A stretch of 62,206 nucleotides of DNA, the filler included. It is 6 parts of 6 records of this genome, joined end to end, with 100 filler letters (N's around TTAATTAATTAA, not from the genome) between each part and the next. Parts side by side here need not be neighbours in the genome. Positions count along the whole stretch, not along the records: positions 40,215 to 47,023 come from SRR20825010_4698; positions 47,124 to 55,524 come from SRR20825010_4701; positions 55,625 to 62,206 come from SRR20825010_4707; 3 more parts are not named here. One strand, written 5' to 3'. The notes beneath the pieces were generated by a model, which had not been told where the DNA came from, made no database searches, and was given only the letters and a program-made list of their open reading frames with translations. Within the stretch, counting starts at the first letter, position 1; every line of letters begins with the position of its first letter. The translations under genes and the position numbers were made by a program. This document shows positions 44,241 to 55,793 of this stretch, piece by piece.

Positions 44241-46952
44241 TCAGCCGATCGCGAGGATCACGATGTTGAAGATGAGCGCGAGGATCGACTCCCCGACGAT
44301 GAGGCCCGCGGCGAACGGCACCCCCCACTCCTCGGTCCAGCGCGGGCCCTTGAACGCGCGGAGGATGATGTTGACCACGCACCCGATGCCGTAGGTCGAG
44401 ATGTACATGAACGGCAGGTAGACACTGAGGCCGACCAGCACGCCGAGGCCGGCGAACGAGCCGAGGCCGAGCAGGATGCCGAGGCCGGCGCCGAGGCCGT
44501 AGAGGGCGTAGGGCATCTGCCCGCCCTGCACGCCCTCGATGACCGCCTGCAGCGCCTGGGCCTGCGGGGCGGAGGTCGTGGTGCCGGGGCCCATGGCGAT
44601 GCCGGTGGTCTTGAGGTTGGCCCCGACGATGATGAGGATCGTCAGCATCGTGATCACCGGGCCGATGGGCACGGCGAACATCTCGCACATCTGCTGGCGT
44701 CGGGGTTTGCCGCCGATGAGGTGGCCGGTCTTGAGGTCGGCCATCATGTCGGCTGCGAGCGTGATCGCGACGCAGAGCGCTGCGCCGATCAGCACCGCCC
44801 CGAGGACGGACCCGGAGCCGGAGAGCAGCAGCACGAGCACCACCGTGAGCAACGCCATGCCGGAGATCGGCGACCAGTCGGTCATGCCGGTGCACTGGGC
44901 GATGATAATGCCGGCGAACCAGATCCAGAGCACCCCCACCACCGCGATGATGGCGGCGCGGACGTGCGGGTTCATCGAGGCGAGCAGGCCCGGCTTGGCG
45001 CTCTTGGTCGCGAGGAAGGCGTCCTTGGCCGCGTCGTCCCAGGTGACCGCCGACTCGCCCTCGCCGAAGCTCGTGCCGTTGACCCAGGCGTCGCGGCTGT
45101 CCTGCTCGGCGAAGGCGATCGAGTAGCCCTTATAGGTGGCGTTCTCGATGTTGCCCGCGACCTCGAGCCCGGAGACAGGGTCGAGGCCGTTCTTGTTGAG
45201 CGGCTCGTTGCCGACATAATCAGCCGCCATGAACAGCAGCAGGCCGGCGGCGATGACGGCGAAAACGATGGGCACGATGCCCATCTCCTCTCGTCCGCCC
45301 TTGCCGGCGGTGCGGCCGGCGGTGGCGATGGACTTGAGCGCCGCGGCGATGGCCGGCACGGAGAACAGCACGCCCATGAGCGCACCGCCGAGCAGCAGAC
45401 CGATGCCCAGCGGCCGGTTGAAGGCGCCGAAGGCGAATCCCGGTGCGTCCTTGGCCTCGACGGTCGCCGGCAACCAGCCCATCCCGAAGACGACGGGGTT
45501 GATGACGAAGTAGGCGAGGATGCCGCCGGCGAGGACCATCAGGCCGGCGCGACCGGTGATGAACCCGGCACCGAGGGCGAACGGCGCGATGGCGAATATG
45601 AGCTGCACCTGCGGGGGCAGGCCGATCGCCCGGCCGACATCGACCGTGCCGTCGGTCACGAGCAGGTCGGGGCGGCCGTTGCCGTCTCGATCGACATTCG
45701 GGTGCAGCACACCCGGATCGGCCGACTCGGGGTCGCCGTACTCGGGCAGGCGGAGCTGGAGGTCGTGGTAGCCCCAGAGGTTGTCGGTCGCCCAGCCGTA
45801 GTCGCGGTGGCGGAGGTCGTCCCAGCTCAGGGCTTTGGCGTTCTCGCCCTCGCCGGTGAAGCCGGTCTCGATGCTGTGGACCGCGATCGCGAGCTCTTCG
45901 CTGTATCGGGCGAACGGCGCAAGTTCGGCGGATTCGAGTTCGGTGTTGATCTCGGCGATCCGGGCCTTGTCCTCGGCGATGCGATCTCGGGTGCCCTCGG
46001 GGATGGGGTCGTCGTAGAGCGAGTCCTTGGCCTCGGCGAGATCGGCGGTGACCGCGCGACGCTCGGCGATGAGCTCGCCGCGACGCGCGATGCCGGCGGG
46101 GGCCTCCTTGGCCTCGATCCAGCCCTGCATATTGCGCGTGTTCTGGGCCTGGGCTTCGCTCAGGCGTTCGGCGAAGACGAGCTGGTCGAGCCGGTCACGG
46201 TCGTCGGCATCGACGCCGGCGAGTTCGGCCACGCTGCGCTGGGTGTCGCCGACGATCGCTGTGTCTGCCACGCCGCCGGCCGGCAGCGTGTTCATCGCGG
46301 TCGGGGCGTACATGAGGGCCGAGAGCAGGATGCCCGCCAGCAGCACGAGCGTTTTCTTGACGCCGCCGCCGGGGCTCTTGAGGATCGACGCCACGCCGAC
46401 CGCAGACGGGAAGCGGAGCCGGTCGATCTCGATCATCTGCTTGCGGAGCGGGATGATGAACGCGCAGCCGAGCAGCGCACCGGCGACACAGGCCAGGGTG
46501 ATGAGCCAGAAATCGAGGTCGCCCCAGTCGAGCGTCATGCCCAGCAGGAAGAGCACGGGGACGGTGAAGATGACACCCGAGTTGGAAGTGTTGATGGCCG
46601 AGCCGACGGTCTGGGCGATGTTGACCTCGACGACGGAGCCGGCGTCCTTGACGAACAGACGCATGAGGCCGCGGAGGATGCCGAACCCGACCACGGCCGC
46701 GATGGCCGAGCCGCCGATGGTGAACCCGATCTTGAGCCCCGCGTAGGTGATCGAGGCGTTCATCACGATGCCGATGAGCAGCGCGAGGACGAGTGCGGAG
46801 AGGGTGACCTCGCGGTAGGGCCGCCGCGGTCCGAACGAGCCCGGCGTGCCCTCGTCCGGCGCGTGGCCTCTCGGCGGTGTGCCGCTGTCTGAGGTGGTGT
46901 CGGATTCGACAGCCGGGGTGAGGTCGACTGGGTCTGGTGTCTGGTCGCTCAT
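44241..46952 (-). CDS. OPT/YSL family oligopeptide transporter with large soluble insertions
   Basis: REVTL, YAGLKIG, EVNIAQT, IIPLRKQMI, LRFPS, TDWSPISGM, ADMMADLKTG, APQA, FAAGLIVGES. 903 aa. Confidence 0.9.
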   Translation of the reverse strand: MSDQTPDPVDLTPAVESDTTSDSGTPPRGHAPDEGTPGSFGPRRPYREVTLSALVLALLIGIVMNASITYAGLKIGFTIGGSAIAAVVGFGILRGLMRLFVKDAGSVVEVNIAQTVGSAINTSNSGVIFTVPVLFLLGMTLDWGDLDFWLITLACVAGALLGCAFIIPLRKQMIEIDRLRFPSAVGVASILKSPGGGVKKTLVLLAGILLSALMYAPTAMNTLPAGGVADTAIVGDTQRSVAELAGVDADDRDRLDQLVFAERLSEAQAQNTRNMQGWIEAKEAPAGIARRGELIAERRAVTADLAEAKDSLYDDPIPEGTRDRIAEDKARIAEINTELESAELAPFARYSEELAIAVHSIETGFTGEGENAKALSWDDLRHRDYGWATDNLWGYHDLQLRLPEYGDPESADPGVLHPNVDRDGNGRPDLLVTDGTVDVGRAIGLPPQVQLIFAIAPFALGAGFITGRAGLMVLAGGILAYFVINPVVFGMGWLPATVEAKDAPGFAFGAFNRPLGIGLLLGGALMGVLFSVPAIAAALKSIATAGRTAGKGGREEMGIVPIVFAVIAAGLLLFMAADYVGNEPLNKNGLDPVSGLEVAGNIENATYKGYSIAFAEQDSRDAWVNGTSFGEGESAVTWDDAAKDAFLATKSAKPGLLASMNPHVRAAIIAVVGVLWIWFAGIIIAQCTGMTDWSPISGMALLTVVLVLLLSGSGSVLGAVLIGAALCVAITLAADMMADLKTGHLIGGKPRRQQMCEMFAVPIGPVITMLTILIIVGANLKTTGIAMGPGTTTSAPQAQALQAVIEGVQGGQMPYALYGLGAGLGILLGLGSFAGLGVLVGLSVYLPFMYISTYGIGCVVNIILRAFKGPRWTEEWGVPFAAGLIVGESILALIFNIVILAIG

Positions 46953-47023
46953 CGCAGCCTCGGCAGGAGGGGAAGAGGAAGGGCGGCATTTCGTGTGCCT
47001 CCCGGCCGGCCATCGTAGTGCAT

Positions 47024-47123
47024 NNNNNNNNNNNNNNNNNNNNNNNNNNNNNNNNNNNNNNNNNNNNTTAATTAATTAANNNNNNNNNNNNNNNNNNNNN
47101 NNNNNNNNNNNNNNNNNNNNNNN
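47024..47123. other. Artificial contig-joining spacer
   Basis: 44 N + TTAATTAATTAA + 44 N. Confidence 0.97.
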
Positions 47124-47551
47124 GCCTTGATGTCTTCCAGATTGATGCCGCCGAAGGTCTTGCCGAGGAAGCGCACGGAGTTCACGAATTCCTCGACATC
47201 CTTGGTGTCGACCTCAAGATCGAAACCATCGATATCGGCGAACCGCTTGAACAGGACCGCCTTGCCTTCCATCACAGGCTTCGCCGCCTGCGCCCCGATA
47301 TCGCCAAGCCCAAGCACGGCGGTGCCGTTCGAGATGACGGCGACGATATTGCCTTTGGCCGTGTATTCGTAGGCCTTGCTCTCGTCCTTGTTGATGGCGA
47401 GGCACGGATAGGCCACCCCCGGAGAATAGGCGAGGGCAAGATCGCGCTGGGTGGTCAGATTCTTGGTTGCGGCGATTTCAAGTTTACCGGGGCGGCCGGA
47501 GGCATGAAATTCCAGTGCTTCAGTCTCAAGCATGCGCTTCGCATCATCCAT
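47124..47551 (-). CDS. maeB: NADP-dependent malic enzyme, 3'-truncated
   Basis: ALEFH...[47 protein letters not shown]. Confidence 0.93.
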
Positions 47552-47787
47552 GACGCTTCCCCCAAGGGCTTGGTTTAATTGACAGACCGCCATCGGCCTG
47601 CGCGGGACATTCGGAGCCCGATTACTAACGATAGGCCCGGCTTATGCCACGGGCAATTTCATATCGCGGGAACAGGTTCCATAAATCTTGGGACACAGGT
47701 GTCGTTCGGCATTGGAAGTTGCCTCTGACGTCATGTTATGGTCGCCGCCTTTCCCCGCAATCATCTGACCTTAGCGACTTTTTGGCT

Positions 47788-50511
47788 GTGAACACGATCT
47801 CTCCTGCAGACAAGCAGACTTCCGCGTCGAACGCTTCCTCCCGCGACCGGGCGGCGGCGACGCCGATGTTTCAGCAATATTTCGCCGTGAAGGATGCTCA
47901 TCCCGACGCGCTTCTGTTCTACCGGATGGGTGATTTTTACGAGCTGTTCTTCGAGGATGCCGAGGCGGCGGCCGCCGCTCTCGACATTACGCTGACGAAA
48001 CGAGGCCAGCATGGCGGCGAGCCGATCCCGATGTGCGGCGTGCCGCATCATGCGGCTGAAGGGTATCTGGCGCGCCTGATCCGGAAGGGTTACCGGGTTG
48101 CCATCTGCGAGCAGACGGAAGATCCGTCCGAAGCCAAGAAGCGTGGATCAAAGTCTGTCGTGAAACGGGACGTGGTGCGGGTGGTTACGCCAGGCACCAT
48201 TACCGAAGATGCCCTGCTCGATGCCCGGAGCAATAACTATCTCGCGGCCCTGGCCATGGCGCAGGGTGGTCTCGGCCTGGCATGGATCGATGTTTCGACG
48301 GGCGATTTTCATGCCCAGCCGGTTGCCATGAACGGTATCGGTGCGGCGCTCGCCCGGGTTGGCCCCAGCGAGCTGCTGGTCCCCGATACCCTGATGGAAC
48401 CATCAAGCGCCCTGAGTGGCGTGCTTGAGGACTGGCGCGTGGCGGCCGTATCCCAGCCTGCCAGCCGGTTCGATAGCGAGAACGGGCGCAAGCGGCTTGA
48501 GGCATTGTTCGAAGTCTCGTCGCTTGAAGGGTTTGGCGCTTTCGAGAGGGCGGAGTTGGCCGCGGCCGGCGCGCTGGTCGATTATCTCGAGCTGACCCAG
48601 ATCGGCTCCATGCCGCGATTGCTGCCGCCGCGCCGCTGGCAGGCTGGCGGTCTGGTCGAGATCGATGCCTCGACCCGGCGGAATCTGGAAATCCTGCGCA
48701 CTCTCAGCGGAGAGAAACGCGGTGCATTGCTCAATGTTCTCGACCGTACCGTGACAGGGGCCGGCGGCCGGTTGCTCGGCCAACGTCTTTCGGCGCCGGT
48801 CACGGATGTCGGGGAAATCGGCCGCCGTCTTGATGCGGTGGCGCATTTCCGGGAAGGCGAACGTCTGCGGAGTGAGATCCGCGAGACATTGAAGGCCTTG
48901 CCGGATGTCGAGCGCGCCCTTTCCCGCATCGCCCTCGGGCGCGGCGGGCCGCGTGATCTGGCGGCGATCCGCGACGGGCTGGCCGGGACCGGGCCGCTGC
49001 GCGACCAGCTTGCCCGGGCCGATGCCATGGCTGGAGGCCTGACCGGCGATGCGGGCGGCGCACCGGAAGAGGCGCGGGCGATCTTCGAGGAGCTGGGCTA
49101 TCACGAGGTTCTGGTCGATACGCTGAACCGGGCACTGGCGGCTGATTTGCCATTGCTTGCCCGCGACGGCGGCTTCATCGCGACCGGTTACGCGCCCGAG
49201 CTGGACCGGCTGCGCACGCTGCGGGACGAAAGCCGGCGCCTGATTGCCGGACTGCAAGCCCGTTACGTGACCGAAACAGGCGTCAGCGCGCTGAAGATCA
49301 AACACAATAATGTGCTCGGTTATTTCATCGAAGTGACGGCGGCGCACGGCGAGAAGCTGATCGGCCGGGAAAATTTCATTCATCGCCAGACCATGGCGAA
49401 TGCGGTGCGTTTCTCCACCGTGGAGCTGGGCGAGCTGGAACGGGACCTGTCCCAGGCGGCGGACAAGGCCGTGGCGCTGGAGCAGGGCCACTTCAAGGAG
49501 CTGGTCGAGGCGATCCTGGCGGAGGCCGAGGCGGTTTCCCTGGCGGCGGCGGCTCTGGCCCGGCTCGATGTGGCGACGGCGCTGGCCGAACTTGCCGTCG
49601 AGCGGCGCTATTGCCGGCCGGAGGTGGATGGCTCGCGCGCCTTCGAAATCCGTGGCGGCCGGCACCCGGTGGTCGAGGCGCTCAATCCCGGCGACAGCGG
49701 CTTCGTGCCGAACGATTGCGTGCTGGAAGACGCCCAGCGCCTCTGGCTCATCACCGGCCCGAACATGGCCGGTAAAAGTACGTTCCTGCGCCAGAATGCC
49801 CTGATCGCCCTGATGGCCCAGGCCGGATCCTTCGTGCCGGCGGAAGCGGCCCATATCGGCGTTGTCGACCGCCTGTTCAGCCGGGTCGGAGCCGCCGATG
49901 ATCTGGCGCGCGGCCGGTCAACCTTCATGGTCGAGATGGTGGAGACGGCCACTATCCTCAATCAGGCCACGGAACGCTCGCTGGTCATTCTCGACGAGAT
50001 CGGCCGTGGCACCGCGACCTTCGACGGCTTGTCCATTGCCTGGGCCACCGTCGAACATCTGCATGAAATCAGCCGTTCGCGGGCCCTGTTCGCCACCCAT
50101 TATCATGAGCTGACGGGCCTTGAGGCGAAGCTCGCCAGTCTCTCCTGCCACACCATGCGCATCAAGGAATGGAACGACGATGTCGTCTTCCTACATGAGG
50201 TGGTGGCCGGTGCGGCTGACAGGTCCTACGGCATCCACGTCGCCAAGCTGGCAGGCCTGCCGCCGGCGGTGGTCGCGCGGGCGGAAGAGGTGCTTCAACT
50301 TCTGGAACAGAGCAAGGCGTCCAGCAATGCCGCCAGCCTGGCGGAAGAGCTGCCCCTGTTTCAGGCGATGGCGCCCGCGAAACCGCAGGCACAGAAGCGG
50401 GTCAGCCCGCTTGAGGCGCGTCTTGCCGCGATACGGCCGGACGACCTGACACCGCGTGAGGCACTTGACCTGCTGTATGAGCTGATTTCGTTGCGGGAAG
50501 GTAACGGTTAA
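47788..50511 (+). CDS. mutS: DNA mismatch repair protein MutS
   Basis: [70 protein letters not shown]. Start uncertain (GTG 47788 or ATG 47866). Confidence 0.97.
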   Translation: MNTISPADKQTSASNASSRDRAAATPMFQQYFAVKDAHPDALLFYRMGDFYELFFEDAEAAAAALDITLTKRGQHGGEPIPMCGVPHHAAEGYLARLIRKGYRVAICEQTEDPSEAKKRGSKSVVKRDVVRVVTPGTITEDALLDARSNNYLAALAMAQGGLGLAWIDVSTGDFHAQPVAMNGIGAALARVGPSELLVPDTLMEPSSALSGVLEDWRVAAVSQPASRFDSENGRKRLEALFEVSSLEGFGAFERAELAAAGALVDYLELTQIGSMPRLLPPRRWQAGGLVEIDASTRRNLEILRTLSGEKRGALLNVLDRTVTGAGGRLLGQRLSAPVTDVGEIGRRLDAVAHFREGERLRSEIRETLKALPDVERALSRIALGRGGPRDLAAIRDGLAGTGPLRDQLARADAMAGGLTGDAGGAPEEARAIFEELGYHEVLVDTLNRALAADLPLLARDGGFIATGYAPELDRLRTLRDESRRLIAGLQARYVTETGVSALKIKHNNVLGYFIEVTAAHGEKLIGRENFIHRQTMANAVRFSTVELGELERDLSQAADKAVALEQGHFKELVEAILAEAEAVSLAAAALARLDVATALAELAVERRYCRPEVDGSRAFEIRGGRHPVVEALNPGDSGFVPNDCVLEDAQRLWLITGPNMAGKSTFLRQNALIALMAQAGSFVPAEAAHIGVVDRLFSRVGAADDLARGRSTFMVEMVETATILNQATERSLVILDEIGRGTATFDGLSIAWATVEHLHEISRSRALFATHYHELTGLEAKLASLSCHTMRIKEWNDDVVFLHEVVAGAADRSYGIHVAKLAGLPPAVVARAEEVLQLLEQSKASSNAASLAEELPLFQAMAPAKPQAQKRVSPLEARLAAIRPDDLTPREALDLLYELISLREGNG

Positions 50512-51701
50512 ACGATATTGCGTTCCAGGACCAGGGCGCCGCTTTCAAAGCGCTCGAAGCAGAAGCGCGACAGATCGATGGTTCTGAACCTGCCGGAGAT
50601 CAGCAATTCCGCCATTGCCCGGCCGACGGCAGGTGCCTGTTGCAGGCCATGGCCGGAAAAGCCGTTGGCGAAATAGAAGTTCGTCAGCGCCGGATGGGCG
50701 CCGACAATGCCGTTCTGGTCGATGCTGTTGTAATCGTAATATCCGGCCCAGGCACCGGACAGCTTGATGGCTTCGAAGGCCGGTATACGGTGCGCGAGGG
50801 TTGGCCAGATCACCTCCTCGAACCAGTGATACTCGACATCAAGGTCGCTGGTGTCCCCGTCCGGATCCTGATCCGCGGGGGGAGAAACCCCGCAAATATA
50901 GCCGCCGCTTTCGGGCCGGACATAGACGCCGCTCGGATCGATCAGCAAGGGCACCGCCGGGTCCAGCGGTGCGCGGCAATCGAAGACGAAAACATTGCGC
51001 TTGCGGGGGGAGACCGGCAGGCCGACACCGGCCAGTGCCGCGACTTTTCCGGCATTGGCGCCTGCGGCATTCACAACGGTACCTGTGGCGATGCGCTGTC
51101 CGGTTGCGAGAACCACCGCTGAGATACGGCTGTAATTATGCTCCAGCGCAATGACGTCACCCTCGAGATAATGAACCCCGAGGCTGCGGGCCTTGCGCTT
51201 GAAGGCCTGCATCAATGTATTCGGATCGAGCCAGCCCTCGCCCCGCGTGCCGAGGGCGGCCCCGGCAATCCCGTCAAGATTGAGCCAGGGAAATTGTTTC
51301 TCAAGTGAAACAAGATCGAGCAGGTCAATGCCGCAGCCGTGGTGTGTCTGCTCTTCGTGGTTCTGACGAAGAACCTCAAGTCCTTCCGGTCCGGCGAGGA
51401 ACAGGTAGCCGCCCTCGCGAAATCCGGGATCCGGGCATTCCCCGTCAACGGAGAGATACTCCGCGAGATGGGTCACGAAGTGATGGCCGAAAAGGCCAAT
51501 CTCGATGTTCTCCGGATTGGAAAATTGCTGACGGATGCCACCGGCGGACCGGGGTGTCGACGCCGTCTCGTAAGTCGGATCCCGTTCGATCACGGTTATT
51601 GCGCTGGGCGCCGCCGGGTTGGCGGCAAGAAAATACGCAATCGCGCTGCCGATCACGCCACCCCCGATGATGACGACATCGCTGTTCTGGTGATCTGCCA
51701 A
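50508..51701 (-). CDS. FAD-dependent oxidoreductase (DAO / sarcosine oxidase beta / FOXRED1-like)
   Basis: [45 protein letters not shown]. Start uncertain (TTG 51701 has a GGAG RBS). Confidence 0.88.
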   Translation of the reverse strand: MADHQNSDVVIIGGGVIGSAIAYFLAANPAAPSAITVIERDPTYETASTPRSAGGIRQQFSNPENIEIGLFGHHFVTHLAEYLSVDGECPDPGFREGGYLFLAGPEGLEVLRQNHEEQTHHGCGIDLLDLVSLEKQFPWLNLDGIAGAALGTRGEGWLDPNTLMQAFKRKARSLGVHYLEGDVIALEHNYSRISAVVLATGQRIATGTVVNAAGANAGKVAALAGVGLPVSPRKRNVFVFDCRAPLDPAVPLLIDPSGVYVRPESGGYICGVSPPADQDPDGDTSDLDVEYHWFEEVIWPTLAHRIPAFEAIKLSGAWAGYYDYNSIDQNGIVGAHPALTNFYFANGFSGHGLQQAPAVGRAMAELLISGRFRTIDLSRFCFERFESGALVLERNIV

Positions 51702-51857
51702 GACGTCGTACTCCGGGAAATCAGGGGACCATACCACCTCCCTCATATCCTCGAGTCCCGCGCGCGTCCAGTCCGCTCCGCGCAGGTGCCGGACGTGGCG
51801 CAACCGGAGAAATTGCACTAAGGTTCGTCAGGGATTTACGCGAGGTGTGAGAATTAT

Positions 51858-54686
51858 ATGGCTTCCGATCAATCACTGCCGGTGAGCGAGCCGGTAACGG
51901 ACGCAGCCATCATCACGCCGGCTCCGAAAATCAGAAACCGCAAAAAAATCGTCGATCCGGTGGAGGTCGAGAAGGCCGTCGATGCCCTGTGGGAGGCAAA
52001 CGGCAAGCCGGAAAGTTTCCGCGTCGAGCTGCTCGCGTTTCTGCGGCGCACGCTGGATGAAGGCCGTTCCGAGATTGAGCGGCGGTTTCTTGAAAGCAAT
52101 GACGGTGCCGAAGCGATCCGGGCCAACGCCTATCTGATGGACGTGCTCGTTCTCAGGGCCGCCGAGACGGCGACAAAGAAGATCTACAGGAACGCCAACC
52201 CGACCCAGGGCGAGCAGATCTGTGTCGCGGCGGTCGGCGGGTACGGACGTGGCGAGATGGCGCCTTTCTCCGATCTCGATCTGCTTTTTCTGCTGCCCTA
52301 CAAACAGACGCCATACAGCGAGCAAGTAGTTGAATACATTCTCTATTTGCTCTGGGATCTTCGGCTGAAGGTCGGCCATTCGACACGTTCCGTCGATGAA
52401 TGTGTGCGGCAGGCCAAAGCCGATATGACGATCCGCACCTCGTTGCTCGAATTGCGTTATCTCTGGGGCTCGGAGCCGTTGTTCGCCGATCTGCGTGAAC
52501 GTTTCCGCAAGGATGTCGAGACGGGCACGGCCATGGAATTCGTCGAGGCCAAGCTGCTGGAGTCGGAAGAGCGGCATGACCGGCTCGGCGACAGCCGTTA
52601 CGTTATCGAACCGAACATCAAGGAGAGCAAAGGCGGGTTGCGTGACCTGCACCGGCTGTTCTGGATCGGCAAGTATGTCTACAAGGTCGACAAGGTAAAG
52701 AATCTGGTGGACCGGGGCGTGCTGACGGCGGCTGAAGCCCGCAAGTTCGCCAAGGCCCAGAAGATGCTCTGGACCATCCGCTGCCACCTGCATTATCTGA
52801 CCGGCCGGGGCGAGGAGCGTCTGACCGTCGATCTGCAGACCGAGATCGCCAAGCGCATGGGCTATACCAACCGGGCCGGCGCGGTCGCGGTCGAGCGCTT
52901 CATGAAGCACTATTATCTGACATCCAAGGATGTGGGCGATCTGACCCGGATCTTCTGCGCCAATATCGAGGCGGAAAACCAGAAGCGGCCGCGCCTCAGG
53001 CTCTCCTGGGCATTTTCCCGCAAGCCCGATGTCGGTGATTTTCAGGTCGATGGCGACCGTCTCAATGTCACGGACGATGAGATGTTCGCGCGCGATCCGG
53101 TCAATCTGATCCGGTTCTTCCACACGGCGCAGAAGCACGATCTGGAACTGCATCCCCACGCGCTTCGGCTGGTGACGCAGAACCTGAAAAAGATCGACAA
53201 GGACTTGCGCAAGAACGAGGAGGCAAACCGCCTCTTCGTCGAGATGCTGGAGGCGCCGCAGGGGCCGGAACGGATCTTCCGGCGGATGAACGAAGCCCAG
53301 GTTCTCGGCCGATTCGTGCCCGATTTCGGCCGGGTCGTCGCCCAGATGCAGTACGACATGTATCATGTCTATACGGTCGACGAGCACACCATCGTCATGC
53401 TCGGTATCCTGCACAAGATCGAGAAGGGTGAGCTGGCGAAAGCGGTGCCGATCGCCAGCGATGTCGTGCACAAGGTGCTGTCGCGCCGGGCGCTCTATGT
53501 CGCGGTCTTTCTGCATGACATCGCCAAGGGCCGGGGGGGCGATCATTCCAAGCTCGGCGAGCGGGTGGCCCGGCGGCTTTGCCCGAGACTGGGCCTCACG
53601 GATGAGGAAACCGAGACCGTTGCCTGGCTGGTGCGCTGGCACCTGCTGATGACCTATGCGGCCTTCAAGCGCGACGTGAACGATCCGAAAACGGTGCAGG
53701 ACTTCTCCGCTATCGTGCAGTCGCCGGAACGGCTGCGTCTGCTGCTGGTGCTGACCGTTGCCGATATCCGCGCGGTCGGCCCGAATGTCTGGAACGGCTG
53801 GAAGGCGGCATTGCTGCGCGAGCTTTACTGGGCAGCGGAGGCCAATCTCTCCGGCCTTGGCGAGGAAGCAGGCCGTAAAAGGCGCACGGAAGAAGCCAGG
53901 ACGGCTCTGGCGGAAATGCTGCCCGACTGGAGCCAAGAGGATATCGAGCATCATCAGGCCCTTGGCTATCCCGATTACTGGCTGGCTTTCGATGCGGAAA
54001 CCCATGCCCGCCATGCCCGGATGGTGCATGCGGCGGAGGCTGAACAGCGCGACCTTGCCGTCGAGAGCCGGGTCGACACCGCCCGTGAGGTGACGGAAAT
54101 CACGGTCTATACCTCTGATCACCCGGGCTTGTTCTCGCGGGTGACGGGGGCAATGGCGGTTTCCGGTGCAAGCATCGTTGATGCCCGGATCGCCACCTTC
54201 AGTAACGGTATGGCGCTGGATGTGTTCTGGATCCAGGACGAGGACCGCAAGGCGTTCGACCGGCCGGACAAGCTGGCGAAACTCTCCGTTGCCATCGAGC
54301 AGGCATTGACCGGGCGGTTGAACCTGCTGGCCGAACTGGTGAAGCGCCGGCGCAATATCGAGCGCCGGGCCCGTGTCATGAAGGTTCCGACCCGGGTGCT
54401 GATCGACAACAAGGCCAGCGTGACCCACACCGTGATCGAGGTGAATGCAACGGACCGGCCCGGCGTGCTCTACCGGATCGCGCGGGCGCTCCGGGAGATC
54501 AAGCTGCAGATCTCCTCGGCCAAGATCTCGACTTATGGGGAGAGCTTCGTCGATGTGTTCTACGTGAAGGATCTGTTCGGGTTGAAGATCGACTCGGAGA
54601 CCCGGATTCAGGAAATCCGCAGCGCGTTGCTGACGGCTCTGGCCGAGGACGCCGCTTCTCCCCCCGGGGAAAGCACCTCGTCTTGA
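51858..54686 (+). CDS. glnD: [Protein-PII] uridylyltransferase / uridylyl-removing enzyme
   Basis: AVGGYGRGEMAPFSDLDL, EPNIKESKGGLRDL, YHVYTVDEH, LHDIAKGR and two ACT domains (DHPGLF, DRPGVL). Confidence 0.97.
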   Translation: MASDQSLPVSEPVTDAAIITPAPKIRNRKKIVDPVEVEKAVDALWEANGKPESFRVELLAFLRRTLDEGRSEIERRFLESNDGAEAIRANAYLMDVLVLRAAETATKKIYRNANPTQGEQICVAAVGGYGRGEMAPFSDLDLLFLLPYKQTPYSEQVVEYILYLLWDLRLKVGHSTRSVDECVRQAKADMTIRTSLLELRYLWGSEPLFADLRERFRKDVETGTAMEFVEAKLLESEERHDRLGDSRYVIEPNIKESKGGLRDLHRLFWIGKYVYKVDKVKNLVDRGVLTAAEARKFAKAQKMLWTIRCHLHYLTGRGEERLTVDLQTEIAKRMGYTNRAGAVAVERFMKHYYLTSKDVGDLTRIFCANIEAENQKRPRLRLSWAFSRKPDVGDFQVDGDRLNVTDDEMFARDPVNLIRFFHTAQKHDLELHPHALRLVTQNLKKIDKDLRKNEEANRLFVEMLEAPQGPERIFRRMNEAQVLGRFVPDFGRVVAQMQYDMYHVYTVDEHTIVMLGILHKIEKGELAKAVPIASDVVHKVLSRRALYVAVFLHDIAKGRGGDHSKLGERVARRLCPRLGLTDEETETVAWLVRWHLLMTYAAFKRDVNDPKTVQDFSAIVQSPERLRLLLVLTVADIRAVGPNVWNGWKAALLRELYWAAEANLSGLGEEAGRKRRTEEARTALAEMLPDWSQEDIEHHQALGYPDYWLAFDAETHARHARMVHAAEAEQRDLAVESRVDTAREVTEITVYTSDHPGLFSRVTGAMAVSGASIVDARIATFSNGMALDVFWIQDEDRKAFDRPDKLAKLSVAIEQALTGRLNLLAELVKRRRNIERRARVMKVPTRVLIDNKASVTHTVIEVNATDRPGVLYRIARALREIKLQISSAKISTYGESFVDVFYVKDLFGLKIDSETRIQEIRSALLTALAEDAASPPGESTSS

Positions 54687-54752
54687 GCGCCGCGATCACG
54701 CCCAGATTGACGCGTATTTCTCTCCCGTTCCTGATTTGCAGACAGAGCTGAC

Positions 54753-55524
54753 ATGTCCCTGATCCGCGCCGCCGCGACCGTCGGCAGTTTTACCATGATA
54801 AGCCGGGTGACCGGCTTTGTGCGCGATGTCCTGATCGCCGCCATTCTTGGCGCCGGACCAGTGGCGGATGCCTTCTTCGTGGCTTTCAAGCTGCCGAATT
54901 TCTTCCGGCGGCTGACGGCGGAGGGGTCCTTCACGGTTGCCTTCGTGCCGCTCTTCGCCGGAACGCTGGAGGCGGATGGCGTGGCGGCGGCCAAGCGCTT
55001 CGCCAGCGATGTGCTGGCCATGATGTGCGCTGCGCTGCTGGCCCTGACCCTCGCCATGGAACTGACCATGCCCTGGGTCATGCATGTGCTGGCACCCGGA
55101 TTCGTTGCAACCCCGGATCGATTTGCGCTGGCGGTCGACTTGACCCGCATCACCTTTCCCTACCTGCCGCTGATCTCACTGGTCGCGCTTTATGGCGGTA
55201 TTCTCAACAGCATTGACCGGTTCGCGGCCATGGCGTCGGCTCCGATCCTGCTGAACCTGATCCTGATCGGCGCCATGGTTGGCTTCGCGGACCGGCTGGA
55301 GACACCCGGCCATGTGCTGGCCTGGGGTGTGGCGGCGGCCGGTCTGGCGCAATTGATCTGGCTGATCATGGCGGCCCGGCGTGATGGCTGGACCCTCACA
55401 CTCCGTTTGCCGAAGGCGACGCCGGGCGTGCGCAAGCTGTTCCGCCTGATGCTGCCGGCCATGCTCGGTGCCGGGGTGATGCAGATCAACCTTTTGATCG
55501 ACATGGTGCTGGCCTCGACCCTGC
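54753..55524 (+). CDS. murJ: Lipid II flippase, 3'-truncated
   Basis: SRVTGFVRD, ADAFFVAFKLPNFFRRLTAEG, RITFPYL, QINLLID. Confidence 0.95.
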
Positions 55525-55624
55525 NNNNNNNNNNNNNNNNNNNNNNNNNNNNNNNNNNNNNNNNNNNNTTAATTAATTAANNNNNNNNNNNNNNNNNNNN
55601 NNNNNNNNNNNNNNNNNNNNNNNN
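55525..55624. other. Artificial contig-joining spacer
   Basis: 44 N + TTAATTAATTAA + 44 N. Confidence 0.97.
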
Positions 55625-55711
55625 AGAGACCTGCCGAGCGGTATGTACATGATACATGTGTACAATGAAAATGTCCGCTGGATTCCGAAACGGATTATCG
55701 TCCTCCATTAG
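55625..55711 (+). CDS. C-terminal end of a T9SS type A sorting-domain protein (5'-truncated)
   Basis: Hand translation RDLPSGMYMIHVYNENVRWIPKRIIVLH* fits the LxxGxY...KxII CTD pattern. Confidence 0.65.
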   Translation, partial: RDLPSGMYMIHVYNENVRWIPKRIIVLH

Positions 55712-55736
55712 AGGATCGCTCAACAACATCAAAATG

Positions 55737-55768
55737 AAAAAGGTGAACCAATTTGGTTCACCTTTTTT
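55737..55768. terminator. Bidirectional rho-independent terminator
   Basis: AAAAAGGTGAACCAA-T-TTGGTTCACCTTTTTT is a perfect inverted repeat with A and T tails, between convergent genes. Confidence 0.88.
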
Positions 55769-55793
55769 GAAGTACTACCACGTTCTTCAGTCA

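Noticed and set aside
44721-46892. 723-aa antisense ORF opposite the OPT gene
   Set aside because: Mirror-frame artefact of very high GC content.
51873-54428. 851-aa antisense ORF opposite glnD
   Set aside because: Shadow ORF caused by high-GC codon bias. It has no motifs, while glnD is complete.
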